A stretch of 63,805 bases of DNA, filler included, from Sluysia triapertura (taxonomy: Eukaryota): the NCBI GenBank assembly GCA_046118255.1. It is 5 parts of 5 records of this genome, joined end to end, with 100 filler letters (N's around TTAATTAATTAA, not from the genome) between each part and the next. Parts side by side here need not be neighbours in the genome. Positions count along the whole stretch, not along the records: positions 1 to 12,431 come from JBJNIA010110534.1; positions 12,532 to 24,643 come from JBJNIA010138281.1; 3 more parts are not named here. One strand, written 5' to 3'. How positions within the stretch are numbered: the first letter of the stretch is position 1; each line of letters begins with the position of its first letter. Of the stretch, positions 1 through 12,679 are shown in pieces. A program made the position numbers and the translations under genes. The notes beneath the pieces were generated by a model, which was given only the letters and a program-made list of their open reading frames with translations, had not been told where the DNA came from and did no database searches.

Positions 1-598
1 GTTGCCTTGACACCAAATTGAAACAATTACATCATCGGTTTCGAAGGTCGAGTGAAAAGGTAGGTGTGGAAAGAAAATCAGAAGTTAAATGACTTATCTA
101 AGTATCCATGAAAATTTTAACAATTTTATTCAAGTAATCATATTTTAAGCAATTAATATTTCTAGCACAAAGAACATTGACTTAATTTGTTTGTATCTAT
201 AAGTTATATTTAGCAGTTTGCATATATATAATTTTGTGCTGTGGAAAATGTATATCAAAATTTTGGATTTATGATATAAAATTCCCTATCAATAACTGAG
301 AAAATAAGAAAATCTTAAATTAAAAATTTACTAAATTCTGTACAAATATATTCTTTTCTCTTATTTTTTTTATAGTTTTTTAAAGTCATAGGTGTCTCTA
401 ACAATAAAAGTTTGGAAGCAACTGGATTATGTGACGTACTGATAAATAGTTGTACTTAATTTATCTGTCAATTGCAATACGCAATTATGTGTTGAAAAAA
501 TTAATGTATCAAATTCATAAAATTATTTTAAATGATTAATGAAACTCACCTAAATTATTAAAACCTCAATCTTAATTTGTTTTCATAAAACAATTTAG

Positions 599-807
599 AT
601 CATCGATTTTTTCTTTCTGAATGGGATTATAAACCAAATTTTACTAGCCGTTCCACAACTGGTTTTGTAGGACTAAAAAATGCTGGTGCTACATGTTACA
701 TGAATTCAATTATTCAGCAGTTATTTATGATTGCTCCTATTAGAAACTTTCTTCTTATGGTTGATGCGGGCCCACCAAATACTGTATCAGATTATGACGA
801 AACAGTG
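599..807 (+). CDS. USP9X: USP9X-like exon containing the Cys box
   Basis: AG acceptor at 597-598. Translates [38 protein letters not shown]. Donor is GT at 808 (or 805), giving a 39-42 nt intron with an in-frame TAG. Confidence 0.9.
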
Positions 808-3800
808 GTTATTATTTTTTTCAATGATTATTATTTTTACATGTAGTCCAACATTTATTTTGCACGAAAAGATCTTTTAAAGAAACCTACAGACCCTAAA
901 ATAGCTAGATTGGATATATTAAGAGAAGTTCAAATGATATTTGGTAATTTAGCATTCAGTCAAAATCAATTTTATACTCCTCATGGATTTTGGAAACATT
1001 TCAAGTTCGATTATTTTTTTACTAATATGATTTTTTGACTTTGCTAAAGTTAATTCTTAAGCTTCCTGATTTATTGATATTATTTTTTCAGTTTAATACC
1101 AATTTTGTATATATACACTCTTCGATACAAATTTTTGATATAAAATGTTAAATAAGAATGTTAGTTACAAAACTTGTTCAATACAAATAGCAATACAACA
1201 TTCTATGTTAATATTTAAATACTGTTTTCTCTATTTAAAATATATAACCAATAATTATTCAATTAACTTGTATTTATTTGTGTATCTTAATATTCTTTTT
1301 TATTGTCGTTCTTTTGACATTCAATTCCATCCGTAATCATTTTGGCGAATCATTCCACTAATTAAAAGTGGAAAGTCCCCATCTACATATTATCGACATC
1401 ATATATCGACTACTTATTTCAAGCAATTTTTTTGTTTAATGAGGAACTTTTCAAATGTTCTATTATTATTTTTGTTAGATTTAGAGTATCAAGTTCCCAT
1501 TAATTTATACCTTTAATTCTTTTAATATTTTAATTTAGATCTCACAATTGACATTTATTCTTCATTTATTACTTAAATTCTTTTCTCACATCTACTACTA
1601 TTTTGATGAATTTTTTCGATTGATTATAAAATAATGACCAGTTTATTCAAATGTTACTTCATGCTTTCAATTTACATTTTTGGAAAATGATGATTTTGTG
1701 TTTATTAATATACTTTTAATGGTTAAATGAATTCGAAAAGAGTATAGATTTTATTTTCCAAATAAATCAAATGCAGATATGCATATTCAAACAATGATTA
1801 TGAATAATGATAATAAATTTAGCTATTTTATTTAGATTATGGGGTGATGAGGTCAATCTTCGAGAACAGCATGATGCTTTAGAATTTTTCACTTGCCTTG
1901 TTGATACATTAGATGAAGCATTGAATTCATTATCAATGCCCAAAATATTCGAAGAAATATTACAAGGTCAATTTGCTGATCAAAAAATTTGCAAAGGATG
2001 TCCTCATAAGTTTGTTTATTTTGATATTTTCGACATTAAAATATTAATTTTATTTATTAATAAACTATAAACATTTAATGTGTTTTATCAACAGGTACGA
2101 ATGCGAAGAGAACTTTTTCCAACTTAGTGTAGATATTCGCAATCATGAGAATTTATTGTGTTCCTTGGAACAATATGTAAAAGGTGATTTGTTGGAAGGT
2201 GACAATTCTTATTTTTGTGAAAGTTGTAAAGAAAAGCGAGATACAGTGAAAAGAACATGTATTAAAAAATTACCTTTGGTATTAGCAATTCAATTGAAAA
2301 GATTTGATTATGACTGGGAAAGGTTAGTTAATATATAATAGTACTAGATTTATATCTTAGAATATATTAGGCCTCCCGGAAAGTTCTGTCCGAAAATGCA
2401 ACATCAAATTTCAACACATGCGCATATTAATTTGAGACATACATGGTTGTTTCTCTTTATCATTGCATGTATTCATATGTGACATTGTAAATTAACTAAA
2501 ACGAAGATTACTTATATTAGTGTTAAGTGCGACTCAATCACTGGACAAATTCCAATAGAGAAGAAACGTTGCATAAGCTTGTAAAAGTTTAGAAAAAGTG
2601 TTGCTGAAGGTACAAGAAATGGTTCGAAAATTTTAAAATACGTGATTTCGACCTTACTGATAAACCGCGCTCTGGGTGACCATCTGTGATGACGATGTTT
2701 TGACAACATCGGAGATTGTGGAAAGGCTCAACAAACAATTTCGAACCATATTCGTAAACGGGTGCCACATGCGTTAAATGAGAAAAATCTGAATGATCGA
2801 GACATCATATGCACATCTCTGCTTCCTCGGAACAAAATCGAACCCTTCTTGGACCGGAGATAATTTACTCCCACCCCTAAATTGAACTTGAACCTGAATA
2901 AGAAAATGTTATGTATATGGTGGACATACGAGGACCAATAGATTATAAACTTTTGAAAACGAATGAAAAGCTAATTCTGAAAGATACTTAAAAAGGCACT
3001 CAGAAAAGAGGCCGGCACTGTTCAACATGAAGGAAATCATATTACATCATGATAATTCCACTCAACATACTGCTCTGGGCAAATCGCAGAAAATCGCAAA
3101 GTTAGGCTGGGAAATTATGTATCCAGCATGCTCCTCAAACTTAACACCCTCCGATTATCACATGTTTTTGTCCTTACAAAATTTTTTGAAGGGAAAAAAA
3201 TTCAAAAGTGAATCAGATGTCAAACAAGCATTACTTGAGTTTTCACCTCTAAGGACGGTATTTATAAATTGCCATCACTTTGGCAAGAGGTTTTAATAAT
3301 GGAAATTATATTCTACAATAAGTATTAAAGGTATGAAAAATTTATTACTTTGTTTTATTCTAAAAGCGGACAGAACTTTGAGGTCGGCCTAATATTATAT
3401 AAATTGTATAAAATTACTAGAAAATTAAACAAATTACAAATGAAATTTTTATTAGTTTTATTTCTATTTTGGTGACAAAGCTTTTTCCATGTATCGTTTT
3501 CTTAGGTTTGCAATTTGCGAAGTGTGATATTTGATCTCTATTTTAATATTTCAATTTTAATTTAATTCAATTCTTGAATTAATTTATTTTTATAAAGATG
3601 TTCACTGTATAATTTTTTTATTTAGAGACGTAGCAGTAAAGTTTAATGACTATTTTGAATTCCCATATGAATTAGATATGGAGCCATTCACGGTAACTGG
3701 AATAATGAAAAGAGATAATCTAAATTCGCTAAATGAGATCGTTCGATCTCCGTCTGGCCTTAGTGAGGATACAACATCGGAAGAAAACAATAATACTAGT

Positions 3801-6800
3801 AGTATTAGTGCTCTTTTGGATGCTGCTTCTCCATCACCTACTCCAACGTCATGTTCATCTACGAAGTATACTCTGAAAGGTGTTGTAGTACATGGTGGTC
3901 AGGCATCTGGTGGACACTATTACTCGTACATACGTGAAAAGAGGAAATTCGATATTTCGACAACACAGATTCCTCTTTCTGCGCCTTCAACAACTGGGGT
4001 GCAAACTTGTCAACTACCGGGACAAGCTCAGTTTTATACTACAGGTAGTGGTAGTACCACTGGACTCAGTACTTCAGTATCAACTAATGGTAATATTTGC
4101 GGTATGTCTAGTACCACTGGTAACATGATTCCACACAGTACTACTAGTAGTAATATTCAACAGCATTCAACAGATTCATCGATTACAGAAGATGATATTT
4201 CCTATTGGTATAAGTTTGATGATACTGAAGTAAGTTGATATGATACATACTTTTGCCTAGATAATTTGTAATTTTTCATAACTTTCAATAATTGATACTT
4301 TTCACGATTCTGATTAAATTCCTTTAATATATGGCTAAGATTCGTTGAAAATTAAGTTCTTTTTTGATACTTTTCGAAATATTTTCATTATTTAATAAAT
4401 TATAAATTTAAATGTATGAATATACAAGAAAATATCAAGAAATAAACAATAATGTGCGGTATATTCAAAAATATTTCGAAATATATAGGTACATCTAGCA
4501 GAATAATATAAAATGTAAATTAAAAATTTGAAACAGGAACTTATTTGAATTCATTGTAACATATTCCACGTATTCTGACAAGTTTAGAAAATAAATAGGA
4601 GCAAAACGTATTGATACGTGTACTAATCATATACATTTAATAACATCACCAATGGATTCTAGTAGTCTGTATTTTATTTTGACTATGATAATACTGTGCT
4701 AATATCTATATATCTTCAACTATGTTCGAATCAGCATTATTATAAGACAAATATAAACCTTATCTAAAGAAATGTTTACCATCTGCTGCTTTTTGAATAT
4801 AAGTTTTAAAATTGGTAGTGTCATTTCTGATTACACTTCAATATAACAATCTGACTTATATTTTCTATTAATAATTAGTTATTCCTATTAATAAAATCTT
4901 TTATCATAAAAAGCTATTCCTTTTCACATTGAAATTATCCTTTCCATCGAAAAATGAGTTTCTAATTAGAAAATATTACAATCCCATTTATGGTTCTGGA
5001 TTAGCTAATGTAGCATATTAGAAACTCTTTGATTCTTGTGCATTTGATAAAATTATTTTTCTTTAACTTTCTTATGTAAATATGTGTTTATATAAGATAT
5101 TTTAAAGTTTATCATCCTGATTTTTAGGTCAATGAAGTACAAATGGATCCAGAAGAAATGAAAAATCAATGGTTTGGTGGTGATTTCGTTGGCGAAACAT
5201 ACGATCATCTTGTTAAACGAGTGAGTATGCGCCGTCAAAAGCGTTGGTGGAGTGCTTATATTTTGTTTTATGAACGTGAAGATTTTGCGCGAAATTCTAC
5301 TGTAACTGAGCTTGAAGAACGTCTTTTGTCATGTAACATAAATAAAAGTACAGCTACAACACCTCAACAACAAGGCTCAAATAACAGTGGTACAACTAGT
5401 GAAGTGTCTGGATATACTGTTATCAACGAAACGTTTAAATCATTATCGTTAACTCCGCTTGATTCAGATGACACCAATCACTCTACGAGTACGGAAATAT
5501 CCTATGATTCTAATTCTAACACTACTACTCCAGTTACTTCCGATTACAAAGAACAATCTCACAGCGAGACACACGTAACTGCTCTTTCCGGTGACACCAA
5601 TAATACTTTCAATATTACTAAATTACCACGCCATATCGAAGAAACAATAACTTTACATAATATTGAATATATGCACAATAAAAGTCAATACACTGTAGAG
5701 TATTTTTCTTTTATGAAAGAATTACCTCTTCTTGTGTCACCTTCGGAGTATTACCTACCAGTTAAACCAGAAAAATGTGATTATAAGATTGTTAGTTATG
5801 TTTAATGTTAAATTATTATTGAAATGATCTTATTTAAAGAGTTTGTAAAAGCTACTTAGGACAAAAATGATGCTGTTATATCGAATAATTTTAGTGTATT
5901 TCATTTTATTGTAACTTTATAGGATGCTTTATAATGTTTATAATGATTATAATGTTTAGTTAATTTTCGTTTAGACATTGTTTTCTAATTCTTTTAACTC
6001 AAATTACTCCAAGTTTATGCTTTATAATTCTTTAACTCTGAAATCTTACCATGATTTAACTCTTAAGCAAATAACTTTTAATGTACAATTCTTTTATTTG
6101 TTTAATGTTAAATTTCCTTTTGTATTTTTAGCGATGCAAAATATTCCAATGGTTACTACTTTATTTAACTTTGGATTTGTAAATTATGTATATTCTTATT
6201 TTTATTTATTTGGTTTGACGATTAATTCTTTATATAGTTAAAAACTTTTTCTCATATTTCTAAATGGCTTAGTACACATTTATCAAATAATTTTTTAATT
6301 GAAATCATTTAAGATAATTCTTCCACTCTTTTAAAATCGGTGGTTTAGTTCACTATTTGTGATCTCTTAAAGATGGAAGTGCTGGTTGACAAATACCTTT
6401 AAAATTATTTGGAAACATCACATTTTCAACTCCAGAGTATGTTTTAAAACCTTCAATTGAATTTGAGCAATAAATTGTGTAATACATTAATAACTTAAAT
6501 TCTTTAATTAAATCATTAAATCACTGATGTTGTAATTCAAAAAACATTCTCAATCTAAGTAATTTTTTGAAAATGAACAGAATTATAACCAGACTAAACG
6601 ATTCAATATTACACTAAGTAATAAATAAGAATAAACATTTATCTAAATATTTTACTGAATAATGAGACGCAACAATATCTAAATACCTTGATGGCATAAG
6701 CCACATATGATCAAAAGACGTAAAATTTTACAATATTTCATTATCTAACATTCCTTTATTATGTCTTTCCTAATATAGTAAAATACCTTTTCGGAGATAC

Positions 6801-8975
6801 ATCTAATCATGCTTTTCATCAATTCAAATGACATCCTACTTCCATTCTTGAAAATTTTGAAATAATTCTTTAGTAGATTCACACTTTATTGTTCCATACC
6901 TCTAACTTATTGAAATTATGAAAATTATGCAAATTCACCTCAATTCTCTTTAAAGAATAAATTACTTTTAACATAAAAGTAATTATTGAATAATTAAAAA
7001 AAATAATTGTATGATAAAATAGCTTGCTAATCCAACGGAGGTACTTTCAAAATAACTTCGATGAATGGAAACTACTAAATCATGTTTCAAATATCCATTT
7101 TTTCTGGGTTCGTAAGATAATTGTATTAAATAGTTAACATTAGCTTCATTTAATATATTTGATTCTAAGGCAAAAGTTGCAGTTGAATATTGTAATATGT
7201 CTCGTAAAGCATCACAAGGATAACTATTTATAAATATAATTCCCACAAGAATCAAAATTATAACATTTTTAAATATTATTAAAGCAAAGCATAATTATAA
7301 TAATGATAACATTGATGATGATGATCATCATAATTATTGTTACAATTAAATTGATATTATTATTTATTTTTATAACTATTTTTTAGAAATGTTTAGAATG
7401 TTTTTTTAAACAATTTTAAGTACTTATTTTGCAATTGATATTATTTGTACGATAGAATGTAATGTTGGTGTAAGGTAAGAATTATAAAAGATATGTTGTG
7501 TTTTGTGTGAAGTCATGTACTAAAATTTTTAGTTTAGGTTTGAACCACCTTATGCAATACAATTAAATTATATTACATTTTGGTTCTTCGAATAATTAAA
7601 TAATTTTGGCCACAGTTTACTATTAAATTAACGATAACAAGTAATTTATTATCTGTTTAAATTCTAACTGAAATTTATAGGTAAGTAAAATAGGTTCCAA
7701 AAATCTGATTCTTAGCGAAAGAAACATGATCGAATAAAGTTTAAGAATAAACAGTCGATAAATTTTGCTTTTATATTTTCGAATGAAAAAAATTGGAAAA
7801 TAGATGGACCTGATTGTTATAACAACTACTGATACGAAGAAAGGACTACAAAAACTATCTAGCAAAACGGAAAGTTGGTAAATTAAAAATAGCTATGCCA
7901 AAATTTCAATCCTTTTAAAATGTTAAATATGTTTTTTGGAAAATTTTTATTGTCTAATTAGTTTCAGTTTTACTATTACTATTTAACAATTCAAACTAAT
8001 GAAATTTCATATTTTAATTATATAACTATACTTCTATTTACATTCATTGAAAACGTACTGTAAACTACTCTTAGATATTTAGAGTTTAAATCTTTTATGT
8101 TCTCGAAATATTGATGCTCTTAAAATTTATTTTAATATTAATTTTATTATTTTATTTACAATTTTAGACAAAACAAGAAAAAGAAGTGATAAAGGTCATG
8201 GTTACTGATGTGGTTACAAAATTTCTTTTCTCTATTGGTTTTAAAACTAGTAAAATTATCAGGTTTACTATTTATCTTAATTATTGATACATAAACATAA
8301 TTCGTTACTCTTGTATAAACTTAAATTAATTAAATTTTTATTGATTTATTGCATAATTAATAGTTATTGATTCATCGTCCATTTATATTTTTAGAGGCCC
8401 TGCTATTGATTGGTTTAATAGTCTCAAACATATTTTACAAGACTGTGAAAAAGCTCGACTTAAATTTTGTGCTCATGCAATGTTTTGTCCAATCAACAAA
8501 ATTACTGAACATTTATTGGAATCTCCTCTTGCCGAAGTTGCTTTGTTTATATTATAAATGAATTGTATTTATGTTTATTTGTTTATAACAGTTATTTTAT
8601 GTAACTTTAAAATGTCATAATGTAAATTTATTTTAATTTCTAATTGCAGATACGTCAAGTCTATAGTACATTTGTTCGATATATAAGTTCTTGGTCTTTA
8701 CGTGATACAAGTCATCAAGGATATCATTATAATGATTTTTTACGTGAAAATTTCAAAGACATTCACGCATTTATTAAAGACAGGTATCGAACAGATTCTA
8801 AACTCAAATTAGCGCATATATTAATGTCTATTATTTACGTGTTGCTCAATAAGGAAATCAATGATTATGGAGTTGCAGCCAATGAATATTTGTCAATTTT
8901 CATGGATTATCCAATGATGGGTTATCCCGAACTTTGTCATTCTCTTGATATCAATTTAGCGACGCATACACTTAA
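599..8975 (+). CDS. USP9X: USP9X/fat facets-like ubiquitin carboxyl-terminal hydrolase, partial multi-exon gene (catalytic USP domain plus downstream region; both ends missing)
   Basis: Nine exons with GT..AG boundaries and consistent phases: 599-807, 847-1004, 1836-2009, 2095-2322, 3626-4229, 5128-5790, 8168-8262, 8395-8536, 8650-8975. The spliced product contains [16 protein letters not shown] (Cys box), [50 protein letters not shown] (His box), WYKFDD and [16 protein letters not shown], all characteristic of USP9X/faf (USP24 is the closest alternative). Confidence 0.93.
847..1004 (+). CDS. USP9X: USP9X-like exon
   Basis: [30 protein letters not shown] matches the USP9X segment preceding LWGE. 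AG at 845-846, GT at 1005. Confidence 0.88.
1836..2009 (+). CDS. USP9X: USP9X-like exon (QHD box)
   Basis: [18 protein letters not shown]...[12 protein letters not shown]; AG/GT boundaries. Confidence 0.92.
2095..2322 (+). CDS. USP9X: USP9X-like exon (fingers subdomain)
   Basis: [22 protein letters not shown]...[14 protein letters not shown]; AG/GT boundaries. Confidence 0.92.
2365..3394 (+). mobile_element. Decayed mariner (Tc1/mariner, DD34D) transposon inside a USP9X intron
   Basis: Imperfect ~28-bp TIRs including the TA: tattaggcctcccggaaagttctgtccg (2365-2392) and cggacagaactttgaggtcggcctaata (3367-3394). Frameshifted transposase motifs [16 protein letters not shown] (WVPHEL-like), MLCIWW, ILHHDN and [12 protein letters not shown] (YSPDLAPSDYHLF-like). 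Confidence 0.93.
3626..4229 (+). CDS. USP9X: USP9X-like exon (His box) with Ser/Thr-rich insertions
   Basis: [22 protein letters not shown]...[23 protein letters not shown]...WYKFDDTE; donor GTAAGT at 4230. Confidence 0.93.
5128..5790 (+). CDS. USP9X: USP9X-like exon (end of catalytic domain)
   Basis: [10 protein letters not shown]...[16 protein letters not shown]...[18 protein letters not shown]. Donor GTTAGT at 5791 is in phase with the next exon. Confidence 0.9.
8168..8262 (+). CDS. USP9X: USP9X-like exon
   Basis: [15 protein letters not shown] resembles USP9X RFLFTTGFHTKKVVR; AG/GT boundaries. Confidence 0.85.
8395..8536 (+). CDS. USP9X: USP9X-like exon
   Basis: [10 protein letters not shown]...[12 protein letters not shown] resembles GSASDWYDAL...FSEYLLECPSAE. 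The reading frame differs from the ORF-track entry at 8367. Confidence 0.85.
8650..8975 (+). CDS. USP9X: USP9X-like exon (last one recognisable on this contig)
   Basis: CAG acceptor at 8647-8649; [19 protein letters not shown] continues the previous exon in phase; donor GTAAGT at 8976. Confidence 0.8.
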
Positions 8976-10619
8976 GTAAGTTATAATCAAAATTTAATTT
9001 TGGTTTATTAGTGAATTTTAAATCAATAATGCATTATTTATTATTTAAAAATTATATATAAATTTTATGATTTGATTCATAAACCTGAAAGTGCTAAATT
9101 ATAAACTTATGTTGTATTAATTACGAATTCTAAAATATTCAATACTAAGATAAACTATGAAGATTTAACAGAAAAAATAAAACGCAAACCAAAAAATGTT
9201 TATATTTCACACAATCATTTACTAGATATTGCTTAATTTGAGAAATATAAGCAGAATTCGCAACCAAGGTATTGCAGACATGTAGCAAATTACTTTTCTT
9301 TCCAAGGGCTTGGTAACATAATAAAATTATGATGCTTTTCTGTTATTTATTATCAAATTAAAAAACTTGGGTTCTCCTATTGTGAGTCTTATGATTCACA
9401 ATTGATTCGCTTAAAGGATTATTTATGGCTTAAAGATATAAGAATCTCAATTTTAAGTAATGTTTGTTCAAGCATTGATTACTATTACTATTATGAAACC
9501 CTCTACCTTTTTATGGAAAATTTGCTTAATATTATGACTTTCACTTAGTTCATGTAGTCAGTTTAATTCACTGTACGTATTTTGACAGATTTATTTCTTA
9601 ATCGACTCTTTAATTATTCGCATAATTAAAATATGATTTGATAGTTTTTCCGTCTACTCCCTTTAGTCAAGTTATTTGAAAATTAATCACCAAACCTCTC
9701 TATATTATTATGACCATTAACACGTTACAGTTGAGTTTGTATAAATCAATAAAATCAATAATTTATGTAATTCGTACTTATGTGAAAATAAGAATAATCA
9801 ATGACAAAATTTTTAAAATAAATATTTTATTTATTTATATATTTATTTCTTAAATTATATTTAACTTTTTAAACTTGTGGTATTTTAAAATCAATTTCGA
9901 AACAGATTTTGAGTCGAATTAAGAAAAATCCTATTACAAAACTCTAAATTAAGAAAAGTAATGCAGATTTGTTTATGATCTTGAATTATATTGATAATAC
10001 AACAGATTGTGACAGATTTTCTTTATATTTCATCCAATTATAATATTTACAAATGGTTTCATTGGTTGTTTTTATTAGTTGTACTTTTAGTTTAGTTATT
10101 TAACTTTTAATTTTATTAATTTTTCTTAATCTTAATAAATTTATTATAATATATAATGTTAGATTTTTGAATAAAATTTATGTAATTTAATGAATCGAAA
10201 GATAGTTTTCTAAAATAGTATCAGAATGAATTAAGATATTACAAGGTAACAAAGTAATTTTATTAATTTGAAAATATGGTACACGTTTATTTTATATATT
10301 AATTATTACAATACAACTTTAAAATATTATTATTTCCGTTAATAATATTTGTTATAAATTTATATCTATAACTAAATTTTAGTAAATAATAATTAAAAAT
10401 TTTGTCTATTTTATATTCTTTATTAAAATGAATCAAACAATATAAATATTAACTAACTAATATCGATAAAAGTATACGAGGTCCTTGGTTAAAATAACAA
10501 TTGAATTAAAACGGCTAATTCATTGACCTTATTTCAACTTTAATTTACATAATTCATCAAATGGCGTACTGTTATTAATTTTGATACTATTAATATTAAT
10601 TAATTTGATACTGTTATTA

Positions 10620-12050
10620 ATTTTATTACTATTAATTTATAAACATGAGCCATAATTATTGTGAAGGCTATTAATGCTTCCTCGTGGTTTCCATTTATTG
10701 ATGGATAACCGTAATCATTTATAAATTCATGTGGAATTAATTTTCTTTCGTAGAAATATAAGTCAATGTCTGCTCTGGTAGTATCATTTGATTTGATTAA
10801 TTCTGTAATATTCTTTACTGTTTAAGTTATTGGGAGTTCCATTGAAATATTTATAGTATTAAGAATTATTTTTATTTTCATTAAGTTTTTAGGTTTCTTT
10901 TCTCTTTCATTTTGGCCTATTTTTCTTAATAAATTTCTTAATAAATAAATCTTCTTTGCTTATTATAGGAAGTATTAGTTTGATCTCATATACATTTGTG
11001 TACTTGAATTTAATCTAATCAAAATTTTCATTTAAATTTTTAGCCTTTGTTATACTACTAGCCAAATGTAATAAAAATTCTTCAAATTTCTTATCTCTTT
11101 GTAATTCTGGGGTATCCATTTTTTCATTTGCTAAAACAATTATCGGTTCCTTTTTTAGTTTATTAATTATATTCATTTCTCCAAATTCCATGTCTTTTCT
11201 GGCACTATCTATTTCTTCATCATCTGTTTCTTTATTAACATTTTCAGTATCTGATTAATTTATTAATCGCTAAATTTATTTCTTCAATTGATTTTTCCTT
11301 ATCTTTCTCTTTTGCTTCTTTATTAGTGGATTTTATATTTGATTCAATTTCTTCATTTATTTCTTCTGTATTACTCGGTTCGGTATTAATTTCTTCTGAT
11401 CTTGAATCTATTTCTTTATTAATCTTTTGTGTTTTACCTTCCCATTTATCGATTAATTGTTGAATTCTCTGCTTCTTATCTTCATTTGAAATTACATATT
11501 TGATTTCATCAGTTTGTTAAATTCTTTCTTCAATTGGTTGGTTTAATATTTCTCGAATTCTTGCTTGAGTTGGTTGTATTTTAATGGGTTTTCTTCTCTT
11601 TTTGATCTCTTCGCTTTTTGTCTTTCTTAAATTCTCGATATCTATCATGCATATAACTCATAAAAACTTTATTCTTGAATCGATTTTTATCACAATCTAA
11701 TCTTTTAATATAAAATTGTTTGCTGGCCATTTTGGTGCTGGTCTTTGTTCATAATTTGTTGCACCATAATTATTGTTACAATTTCCTCTCTAATTCTGGA
11801 ATCCTCTTGGTTTGAAATTGTTTCCTCTATAATTGTTAAAGTTTCTTGGGTTTCCCCTATAATTAGAAATACCTCTGCGCGGGTTATTATACTTATAATT
11901 ACTATTATTTATATTATTATATTCAAAAAGGTTATTATAATTATAATAGAATCATTAAATTTATCATTATTACTTATAGGTGGTGGGCTTTTATATTCAT
12001 TGTCACTTACATAATTAATATTATCTTTATCATCATAAGTGGATTTTTCT
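10620..12050 (-). pseudogene. Decayed ORF: RG/N-rich region, E/K-rich region and a candidate C-terminal ubiquitin-like domain; probably part of a repeat element
   Basis: The minus strand is purine-rich and translates, with a few stops and frameshifts, to NNPRRGISNYRGNPRNFNNYRGNNFKPRGF, a long E/K-rich tract, and MKIKIILNTINISMELPIT*TVKNITELIK...IDLYFYERKLIPHEFINDYGY (10881-10705). Confidence 0.5.
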
Positions 12051-12244
12051 ATATTTCTGCAAGTTTTTTCTTTAAAAACTATCTTACAAAATATCTGGAA
12101 GTCTGTTAGCCTAATAAGTACGGCTTAAATCTATAAAGATGGCGTCCTATTAGGATTTTAAATATGATCACGAAGTTTAGAAATCTTTCACGAAATAATC
12201 TACTAAGTCAGATGCACGAAAATTATACGAAGTAATTAATCTAC

Positions 12245-12431
12245 CGTAGTGGCCAACCTTAACAACCACTAAAATTTAATTAAAAACCAATATCCTTTTC
12301 TTCTCTTTTCATTATACTCTAACAATCACACATCCGTCTATTACATATTTTTTAAAAATCAATCTATATCCACAATCTTACGACATCCAAATCACGATTA
12401 CACCTAACAGTACTAAATTACATTAACTAAT
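12245..12431 (+). repeat. C/A-rich interspersed repeat, truncated at the contig end
   Basis: gtagtggccaac...ctaaaatttaattaaaa and aattacattaact match 54648-54770. Confidence 0.55.
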
Positions 12432-12531
12432 NNNNNNNNNNNNNNNNNNNNNNNNNNNNNNNNNNNNNNNNNNNNTTAATTAATTAANNNNNNNNNNNNN
12501 NNNNNNNNNNNNNNNNNNNNNNNNNNNNNNN
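12432..12531. other. Artificial contig linker (N44-TTAATTAATTAA-N44)
   Basis: Exactly 100 nt with a six-frame stop 12-mer; the identical linker occurs four times in the window. Confidence 0.97.
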
Positions 12532-12679
12532 GTAAAATGAAAATATTTCATTAGTTAAAATTCCACCAATTATATTCGTATTTATTAAAAAGAAAATCAT
12601 TAATTTCATTTTTCGTATAACCTTGTTTTAGAATTATATTGACATTTGTGCCTTGTGATTGTAATCAAATTAAATCTCA

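Noticed and set aside
3892-4128. ORF-track 78-aa ORF
   Set aside because: Alternative frame inside the USP9X His-box exon.
11745-12014. ORF-track 89-aa Ile-rich plus-strand ORF
   Set aside because: Antisense shadow of the N-rich minus-strand decayed ORF.
10620-12050. Non-standard genetic code (TAA/TAG = Gln) explaining stops in decayed ORFs
   Set aside because: Frameshifts also occur, the intact GPCR ends at TAA, and the intact exons contain no in-frame TAA/TAG.
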